IMG/VR virus record: IMGVR_UViG_3300034065_000151
Span: 76,767-140,766 of that record
DNA length: 64,000 nt
Reading direction: 5' to 3' (one strand)
DNA from: a virus
Taxonomy: Duplodnaviria > Caudoviricetes
Part shown: in pieces, positions 57,135-64,000 of the stretch
Numbering within the stretch: the stretch's first letter is position 1
Layout: each line of letters begins with the position of its first letter
Program-made: the position numbers and the translations under genes
The notes under the pieces: generated by a model
Told to the model about the DNA's origin: nothing
The model's input: the letters and a program-made list of their open reading frames with translations, nothing else
The model's database searches: none

Positions 57135-60100
57135 TTGCCTGCCATCATTGTAAGTATTTCTTGTGCTTGATCAGCTGTTAATAAAACACCAGCCGGAAAC
57201 TTAATACTATCAGTTGTTTCAATTATTGAATAACCATTTGAAATTGGACTGAATAAGAATTCACCACCATCAGTTGATTTCACTGAAACTTTCTTTTTAT
57301 TTTTCAATGCATCAAATAAGGTTTTAGTATTTTCTTCATCTAACTTAAGACGCATACCTTTAGTTGTCAATGACAATCCCATATTACCCAACTTAGCAAT
57401 GATCCAAGGACCTTGATTAGCAACATATGCTTCAGCAACCATATCACCAATCAATTTAAAACCGGAGAATTGTGGAGCTGGATTAGCACCAGGAGTTGCA
57501 GCAGGAGCATTAGCTGGAACTGTATTGGCCGCGGCAGCCGGACCAGTAGTTGGTATAGACTGAATCAACTTAGTTAAAATAGCACCAGCTTTATTTAGCT
57601 CTAATGTAAGTGCAGAATTTTTAGCAGCAATAAATTTTGGTGAATTCAATAATGCTTTTGCTTGTACAGTAAATGATTTATTAGCATTAAGATCAAGTCC
57701 TAAAGCTGCTAACAATCCAGCAATTGCATCGATCGCGGGGTTTCTAAATACTGCAGCAGCTTCATCCAATGTATTCATTTCTGAAATCATTTTACCAGCA
57801 ACAACTTTAGATTCTTCAGCTTTTTTCTTTTTACTTTTCTTGATGATCTGACCAAATTCGTCACGTTCTTCACCCTTACCTGGTTTAGCTTTAGTTTCAG
57901 CAGATTCTTCATCTGACTCTTCTTCTTCAGGTTCTTCTTCTGATGATTCAGAACCCGGTTCTGAATCAGTTTCAACATCCATATTTACATCAGAATTTTC
58001 GCCTTCAGGTTGTTCGCCTTCAGGAGCAGCTTCTGGTTCAGCTTCTGGTTGTTCACCTTCAGGCTGTTTAGCAGCAGGTGATGGTTCTTCACCACCATTG
58101 GCAATATCAGCTGCAATTTGTTTTGGCCATTCAACATCAACAATATCAAACTTATTAGCAAGGGTATCGATAACTTCTTCGATATCATCTTCTTGACCAA
58201 GTAATTGTGCGACAGCAGTTTCAAATTCTTCCGCTTGTTCTGCATTAACATAAACTTTAACGATTGAACCATCGCTCATTTCCATACCATAAGTGACTGT
58301 ATCAACTTCATCATTTAAATCATGGGCTTTATCCAAATACTTATTAACATCCATCTGAGTAATATCATCACCCATATTAACGTTGTTTCGTAATTGATTA
58401 AACTCAATATCATTCTGTGCACGGGCACTATCATCAACGTCAGTTGCAAATTTCATATCTTTAACATGAGCCCAGTCTTCTTTAACATCACGACTGATGA
58501 TACTGTTAAGGAAACTATATTTTTTCTTCTTAGGAGTCGGTTCATTTATCTTAGTTGACAATGCAGCTTTAGCAGCCTTAGGTCCAAGAGATGGGCCTAA
58601 ACGTTGTGGGAATGCAGCAATGGATCCTGCTGCAGTTGTACCACCACCAGCAGCAACTTCTTCTTTAACTTTTAAATCAGTTGGTTTCTTGTTAGCATCA
58701 TCGGCTTTGATTGCAGCCAATGTTGGTCTTGGAAACTTCTTAGGTTTAATAAAATTACGTTTATGTTTTGAGACAACTCTGTTATCAGCAATCTGCAATT
58801 TTGGTGTTTGGTCTTGAGCATCTGTTGTAGGTTTAATAGCAACACTATTAACCTTATCTTTATTAACAGATTTAATTAGGTTCAATGATTCATTCATTTC
58901 AGATTTTTCTCCAGAGAAAATGGATTCTATTGTTTTGCCATATAGTGCCATTAATAATTCAGCTACACTATTGCTTTTAAGGATACCCGCATTTATTTCC
59001 GCAATATCCTTTTTGGTTTCTGCAAATGCAGTTAGGGTGTGTTTCATTACTTCCGGAGTAATACCAATTTCTTTCCCGGTTTTTAATTTAAGTTTAAACT
59101 CACCTGATTCTTGATTAAAATTATGTAAGATACCATTTACTTCATCAACTGCATTAACAAGAATGGCTGATATCTTTGTCTTAAGTGATTCAAGATTGTT
59201 TATATTTAAACTTTGAGCTACTGCTTCTAAGGTAGCTTCTGGTGTGTCTTTTTTAAACTTAGTAATAAATCTACGAGTACCTGAAGATAGTGCCAATTCT
59301 TTAGCACCTAACAATTCAGCAATACGGATTTTAGCCTGACCAAATGCACCACCACGCATATCAATGGTTGCTTGTTGATCAGTGGTTCTTACTAGTCCTG
59401 ATATATTAGCTTCAACTGATGAATTAAAAGAGTTGATTGCTAAGAAGACATCACGGTCTCTAATTGTAATTTGACTGCCTGAAATAGGATCATTAATAGT
59501 AACTCCTTCAACCCCTAACTCATTCTTCTTTTTACTTTTTTGAAGGAAGGGTTTTAAATTACGTACTAACTTATCAAGCAATATTTCTTTGATTGGTGCT
59601 TTATAAGTATTCATTATATAAGCATTAATCTTTTCACGTTCTGCCTTTGCGGCCTCACGGTTATCTTTTGGAATCTGTCCCAAGTTAACTTCAGCCACTT
59701 CTAAGTTTGTTAGGTCAGGTAAGACTTTATTCTTCTGAACAATAAAGTTACTCAACTTATCCAACAAATCATCAGCTTCACTTATATCAACCTTATCTGT
59801 TGCAATAGGAGCAACATTTACAAATCTCCAGGTCATTGATTCTTTTTTAGATTCAAGTTTATTCCCATCTGGAGATGAGACAATATCAGAATGAATAGTT
59901 ACCTTTTTGTCATCAATAGCTTTGATTAATGAGGTAACATGTTCTTCAGGTGTTGCATTAATACCTTGTTGGATCACAATAAAGTTTTTCCCAGAACTGT
60001 ATTTAACAGCATTTGGTTGCTGACTGAATAAAATTTCAGCCTTAACTAAATCACCCACAACAAGGTGCTTACGAATCTGTGGTTCAATCTTTGTAATTGC

Positions 60101-60367
60101 AATATGGGCAGCTCTATAACCATTATAACCAGCTGTTTGGTTATAGTCATTAATATCATAAAAGCGGTTCTTTTTACCAGCTCTTATGTCCAAAGTTGTA
60201 AATAAACCGATATCATCGATACCAAAAATAATCTCATCACCATCCAATTTTTCAGTTATTACTTTTTCTTTTATTGATTGGACTGCACGAATAAATTCCA
60301 TAACAGGAAGATCTTCAATGTGTGAAACGCTTTCAGTTAATAATACCAAAGGTAGTAATTTACTCAT
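57131..60367 (-). CDS. large protein with an N-terminal ligase-like nucleotidyltransferase fold (DUF6267-like), probable head-packaged protein
   Basis: SHIEDL, TEKLDG and GVEGV motifs; acidic low-complexity region; late promoter upstream. Confidence 0.55.
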   Translation of the reverse strand: MSKLLPLVLLTESVSHIEDLPVMEFIRAVQSIKEKVITEKLDGDEIIFGIDDIGLFTTLDIRAGKKNRFYDINDYNQTAGYNGYRAAHIAITKIEPQIRKHLVVGDLVKAEILFSQQPNAVKYSSGKNFIVIQQGINATPEEHVTSLIKAIDDKKVTIHSDIVSSPDGNKLESKKESMTWRFVNVAPIATDKVDISEADDLLDKLSNFIVQKNKVLPDLTNLEVAEVNLGQIPKDNREAAKAEREKINAYIMNTYKAPIKEILLDKLVRNLKPFLQKSKKKNELGVEGVTINDPISGSQITIRDRDVFLAINSFNSSVEANISGLVRTTDQQATIDMRGGAFGQAKIRIAELLGAKELALSSGTRRFITKFKKDTPEATLEAVAQSLNINNLESLKTKISAILVNAVDEVNGILHNFNQESGEFKLKLKTGKEIGITPEVMKHTLTAFAETKKDIAEINAGILKSNSVAELLMALYGKTIESIFSGEKSEMNESLNLIKSVNKDKVNSVAIKPTTDAQDQTPKLQIADNRVVSKHKRNFIKPKKFPRPTLAAIKADDANKKPTDLKVKEEVAAGGGTTAAGSIAAFPQRLGPSLGPKAAKAALSTKINEPTPKKKKYSFLNSIISRDVKEDWAHVKDMKFATDVDDSARAQNDIEFNQLRNNVNMGDDITQMDVNKYLDKAHDLNDEVDTVTYGMEMSDGSIVKVYVNAEQAEEFETAVAQLLGQEDDIEEVIDTLANKFDIVDVEWPKQIAADIANGGEEPSPAAKQPEGEQPEAEPEAAPEGEQPEGENSDVNMDVETDSEPGSESSEEEPEEEESDEESAETKAKPGKGEERDEFGQIIKKSKKKKAEESKVVAGKMISEMNTLDEAAAVFRNPAIDAIAGLLAALGLDLNANKSFTVQAKALLNSPKFIAAKNSALTLELNKAGAILTKLIQSIPTTGPAAAANTVPANAPAATPGANPAPQFSGFKLIGDMVAEAYVANQGPWIIAKLGNMGLSLTTKGMRLKLDEENTKTLFDALKNKKKVSVKSTDGGEFLFSPISNGYSIIETTDSIKFPAGVLLTADQAQEILTMMAGK

Positions 60368-60393
60368 TATTTTGCCGGGTTACAATTATTATA

Positions 60394-60401
60394 TATTTAT
60401 A
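60394..60401 (-). promoter_or_regulatory. late promoter TATAAATA
   Basis: Exact consensus upstream of 60367, just past a terminator. Confidence 0.7.
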
Positions 60402-60420
60402 GATTATTACTTCTGAAAGT

Positions 60421-60447
60421 AAAAAGGAACCCAAAAGGGTTCCTTTT
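60421..60447 (-). terminator. rho-independent terminator
   Basis: AAAAA-GGAACCC-aaaa-GGGTTCC-TTTT. Confidence 0.85.
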
Positions 60448-60465
60448 ACATACAAAAACTACATA

Positions 60466-60816
60466 TTATGCTGTAGTAGCGGCTGGATCAGCTGCTACTG
60501 GAGCAGGTGCTGCATCTACTACGGCTGCTGGAGCTTGTGCATCATTTGCTGCAGCTGGGACTTCTGTTACGACCGCAGCAGTTGCTGCTGCATCAGCAGC
60601 GGCTTTATCAGCCAATTCTTTAGCAACCAAACCTGAAAGTTCAGTATCCAAACCACGGATAGCTGCTTCAGTTTTAGCAACGTCAAGACGTTCTACTGTA
60701 AGGTCATTTCTCCATGTAGTATGGATTTCAACTAAACGCTGAACTGTTTCGCTGAAAGAAGAAACTTGGTGTTCGGTGCCATCGATAGTGATAGTTGTTG
60801 GTGTTGTAAATTGCAT
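60466..60816 (-). CDS. hypothetical protein with an Ala-rich tail
   Basis: Strong AGGAGA Shine-Dalgarno; followed by a terminator. Confidence 0.75.
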   Translation of the reverse strand: MQFTTPTTITIDGTEHQVSSFSETVQRLVEIHTTWRNDLTVERLDVAKTEAAIRGLDTELSGLVAKELADKAAADAAATAAVVTEVPAAANDAQAPAAVVDAAPAPVAADPAATTA

Positions 60817-60844
60817 ATAGGTATCTCCTGTGGGTTTTAAAAAA

Positions 60845-62173
60845 TTAAATGTTCATCAAGTTCAAAATGCCGTCATCTTTGGGTTTACTAAATATCGTAC
60901 CATCTGTTCCCAGAATAGTAGCTTTAGATTTCTTTACTAAGTCAAGGCCATCACCCTTTTTTCTTAATGTATTTATACATAATGAAATTGGGTCCCAACC
61001 TAACAATATTCGCAATCCTTTACTTCCGGAATTACGTGTTTTCATTAACTCGAACCAGATTTCTCCTGAGGCCCGCATTAAATCATCCTGCTTAATACCA
61101 ATCACATAATCAGCTGTTTGTATCTTTGAGATACCACCCTGGATATGGGAATGGTTAAATGAATCTTGTCCAACTGCAGTTCGGTTCAACTGTGAAGCTG
61201 ATATCATCATTGCATTAAAATCAAAACCGAGACTACGAATTTCTTCAGTCACATATTTATCTTTAATGAATAAATTATCCAATGAGATATTATGTGTACA
61301 ACCTAAAATATCAATATAATCGATGATAATAAAGTCTGGTTTAAAACCAGTAGACTGCTCTAATTGCAACAAATAAGAACGGATATCATTAATATTTGTT
61401 CTATTTTCTGCCATACGTTTAATGATAAACGTACCCATGGTATCACGAGAGTTTTCAATTTCAACAAGAACCTTATCAATTTCTTTTAATAAGTTTTCCT
61501 GTGCAACCTTGGAAATCATTGAATCTAAACGTTTTGAAACTGAACCTTCAGACATTTCAAGGGAGATATAAACCCCATTGAGTTTCTGTTTCAATAAGTT
61601 ACGACCAATATTTAACATAGTCATACTCTTACCACCACCAGACTCAGCAGCAAGAATAAGTAATTCTTGACGACCTAAACCACCCCCTAAACCAGCATCA
61701 ACTTCAGGCCAACCAATTGAATATTTCTTTTCATCAACTAGTGTTTTTCTTAAACGTTCTTCTGGATTCAAGAAGTAATTAAGACCTGCATCCTTATGAA
61801 GTCCAACTGATGTTGCTATCTTCATTGACTCAATAAGAGAACCAAAGTCACCCTTAGCAATTAATTCTGGTCCAGCAATAACAGCTTCCATTGCTGCCCG
61901 ATTACGACAGAAGGTTTCTAATTCTGTTGATACATAAGCAATATCTGCTTTGGAAACTTCACCAACTGGTTCAAGGATTGCACCAGCTTCTGCACGAATA
62001 GTTGCTAGTTGTGGAATGTCACGATACTTACCATAATACTCTTGTACAAATTTTACGGTCTTTTTTAGAGTCGGATCAAAATATGAAGGCTTAATAATTC
62101 CATTACACAGTGCCATTAAATCACGACTTGAAACGATACAATTTAATAATAAACGTTGTTTCTCTAATTCCAT
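60845..62173 (-). CDS. gp41: replicative DnaB-like helicase
   Basis: Walker A AESGGGKS, SLEMSE, IIDYID, SQLNR and KTRN motifs. Confidence 0.95.
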   Translation of the reverse strand: MELEKQRLLLNCIVSSRDLMALCNGIIKPSYFDPTLKKTVKFVQEYYGKYRDIPQLATIRAEAGAILEPVGEVSKADIAYVSTELETFCRNRAAMEAVIAGPELIAKGDFGSLIESMKIATSVGLHKDAGLNYFLNPEERLRKTLVDEKKYSIGWPEVDAGLGGGLGRQELLILAAESGGGKSMTMLNIGRNLLKQKLNGVYISLEMSEGSVSKRLDSMISKVAQENLLKEIDKVLVEIENSRDTMGTFIIKRMAENRTNINDIRSYLLQLEQSTGFKPDFIIIDYIDILGCTHNISLDNLFIKDKYVTEEIRSLGFDFNAMMISASQLNRTAVGQDSFNHSHIQGGISKIQTADYVIGIKQDDLMRASGEIWFELMKTRNSGSKGLRILLGWDPISLCINTLRKKGDGLDLVKKSKATILGTDGTIFSKPKDDGILNLMNI

Positions 62174-62180
62174 ATTACTC

Positions 62181-62363
62181 CTACTTAACTACATTGAATG
62201 TCTGAACATATAATTCATGTTTTGGTGTACTAAGGTTATCCACATCGACCTTCTGTCCAACTTTAATTCTGCTAATGTTTCGGGTAAAGGTAATTGTATG
62301 TCCATCAATTGATAATCCCTCAGCTAGCTTTTTATCAATTACTTTGGTAACTATAACATGCAT
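62181..62363 (-). CDS. hypothetical protein
   Basis: 60 aa with AGGAG Shine-Dalgarno. Confidence 0.6.
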   Translation of the reverse strand: MHVIVTKVIDKKLAEGLSIDGHTITFTRNISRIKVGQKVDVDNLSTPKHELYVQTFNVVK

Positions 62364-62427
62364 TTAGTTCTCCTTATTTATATTATCTTCTTTAGCTATT
62401 TTTATTAGGTCATCCACGATTGCAGTA

Positions 62428-62754
62428 TCAATTAAACAAGTAATTAATCCCCCTATTACATTCATCTGTACCAGCTCCAGGCTGTGCAAAATAGGCATCA
62501 ATTGCCCGATCGATCTGGTCATCTGTTAGAATTAATTCTTTTGGTTGGGGTTCATTTTCTCGCTCAACAGCCATTGTATAGTAGGCTTCTAATGCAGATA
62601 AAGCAAATTCAGATATTACATACTGAGCACTCATATTTATGACATTCAAAATCTGCTTTGAGGTCGGCTCATCATTCCACTCCTGAACTAAAACACGTAG
62701 TTCAACTGATAGATCAGATGGGGGTGCAGCAAGAAAGAATGATTTGAGTGACAT
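62428..62754 (-). CDS. hypothetical protein
   Basis: 108-aa ORF following the primase gene. Confidence 0.6.
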   Translation of the reverse strand: MSLKSFFLAAPPSDLSVELRVLVQEWNDEPTSKQILNVINMSAQYVISEFALSALEAYYTMAVERENEPQPKELILTDDQIDRAIDAYFAQPGAGTDECNRGINYLFN

Positions 62755-62755
62755 A

Positions 62756-63745
62756 TTATTTACAGTATTGATTGATCATAAATCGGGCTTTATCCGATTC
62801 TTTTGTTGTATTTTTTATTAATCCTTGTATGGTCCAAATGAATCCATACTTAGCAACACTATCACTGATATCTTCTGAACCTTCAGGTGAGAATGTTATT
62901 TCATATCCAAGTCCTAAAACATCTTCAGCAAGGTGTTGTCCATTCCGATCTTTATCAATTACAAATATTAATCGTCTATGTGATTTACCAAGTAGTATGG
63001 TTTTAGCTTCTGTTAATTTACTACCAACCAAACCCAATCCATTAACTAACATGGCATCAAAAGCGCCTTCAGAAATAAAGAGGGGAGCATTGGTATATTG
63101 ATTAAGAGCATCCATGTTAAACATGACTGCATCTCTTTTAGTGGATATACAATTGTCATATCGTTTTGGTTCATCTTTTAATATGGTACGAGCTTGCCAA
63201 TATATAAGACGTCCATCACGATAATAAGGAATTATTATTCTATTATTATAACGTGTTTCTAACGAAAAGTAAAATGGATACTTGTTAATATCTATATTTC
63301 TGTCAATTAAATAGGTTATTAATTTGACCTGATATTCAGCAAATTCTTCAGTACCACCCAGCCTAAAACTCTTAGGTGGAAAACTTACCTCTGATGTAGA
63401 AGTATCAACTTTTGTAAGACTTGATAGGGTGATTTTCTTTTCTTCAGGTGGCTTTGCAAAGAATGCAGTATTAACAACTGAACTAATATCAGTGTCATCT
63501 ATACCGAAGTCATTAAGAATACCACGCATCTTTTTGGAGATACTACCGGTGAATTCTTCATACTTACAGGCCATCCCACAATTAAAGCAGGAGTAACCAA
63601 TAGTTCCATTTTTAAATTTAAACCCGCCTCGGACTTTATAGTCGTTGCAGCAGGCACATTTTAATGTATGAAATCCGCGGGAATCTAATGCTTTAAAAGG
63701 AATATTCTCACGAATAAGATCTTCTAATTTAGCAGGTTGAATCAT
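62756..63745 (-). CDS. gp61: DNA primase
   Basis: Zn finger CACC..CFNCG, RIIIP, WQAR and TOPRIM motifs EGAFD, DKD. Confidence 0.9.
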   Translation of the reverse strand: MIQPAKLEDLIRENIPFKALDSRGFHTLKCACCNDYKVRGGFKFKNGTIGYSCFNCGMACKYEEFTGSISKKMRGILNDFGIDDTDISSVVNTAFFAKPPEEKKITLSSLTKVDTSTSEVSFPPKSFRLGGTEEFAEYQVKLITYLIDRNIDINKYPFYFSLETRYNNRIIIPYYRDGRLIYWQARTILKDEPKRYDNCISTKRDAVMFNMDALNQYTNAPLFISEGAFDAMLVNGLGLVGSKLTEAKTILLGKSHRRLIFVIDKDRNGQHLAEDVLGLGYEITFSPEGSEDISDSVAKYGFIWTIQGLIKNTTKESDKARFMINQYCK

Positions 63746-64000
63746 GTTTTTTCTGTTTTACAAGCTGTCGAATGAATACACTATAGATAATAATACAACA
63801 CCAACTTTCAGCTGAGTTTAGTAACTCCGGTTTAAATCTTAAACCATTTCTGATAAGTTCCCACATGGCTTCCTTCTTCCATTCTTCTTCAAAACATTTA
63901 TATTTCCTAAAAGATTTTGAAATCTTAGTCCAGCGACGATCTATTTCTCTTTGCCAGAGTTCAATAAGATGTGGTGAAGGTGCTCCTCTTTCATGAGCAG
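63729..64000 (-). CDS. second, C-terminally truncated gp55-like protein (partial; not in the ORF track)
   Basis: Manual translation ...LIELWQREIDRRWTKISKSFRKYKCFEEEWKKEAMWELIRNGLRFKPELLNSAESWCCIIIYSVFIRQLVKQKKHDSTC is collinear with the core of the 13673-14614 gp55. Confidence 0.55.
   Translation of the reverse strand, partial: AHERGAPSPHLIELWQREIDRRWTKISKSFRKYKCFEEEWKKEAMWELIRNGLRFKPELLNSAESWCCIIIYSVFIRQLVKQKKHDSTC

Noticed and set aside
1-64000. Alternative genetic code (stop-codon reassignment)
   Set aside because: Core genes are full length under the standard code and genes pack tightly with TAA, TGA and TAG stops.

Overview
This window is 64 kb of an AT-rich, T4-superfamily jumbo myophage genome; the spanin pair points to a Gram-negative host. 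It uses the standard genetic code, and no tRNA, rRNA or CRISPR array was seen. The left part (minus strand) holds a tape-measure-like gene, gp26/gp51-like hub genes (plus strand), a minimal family-A polymerase-like gene, a Holliday junction resolvase, gp46/gp47 and the late sigma gp55. The centre (plus strand, 14.7-51.2 kb) is a late baseplate, fibre and lysis region driven by TATAAATA-type promoters. The right part (minus strand) holds a PD-(D/E)XK exonuclease, a 1078-aa ligase-fold protein, gp41 helicase and gp61 primase. Three things stand out. (1) Small, apparently catalytically dead copies of core phage proteins sit in the minus-strand operons: a 58-aa portal-clip peptide (6150-6326, missing from the ORF track), large-terminase fragments (8923-9183, 11550-12044, perhaps 12041-12412), a prohead protease lacking its catalytic His (9180-9581) and a truncated second gp55 (63729 to the edge). 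They are a candidate decoy or dominant-negative system aimed at immune sensors of portal, terminase and protease. (2) A family of at least 9 'MNLY' proteins with a His-rich leader and 1-5 Tyr-rich 26-aa repeats forms an array at 25.3-29.6 kb, with one more copy at the left edge. (3) A sharp G/C-skew inversion inside that array (~26.25 kb) is flanked by three near-identical antisense sigma70-like motifs and a ParB-like gene, making it a candidate replication origin. All family calls rest on motif recognition by eye, not database searches.
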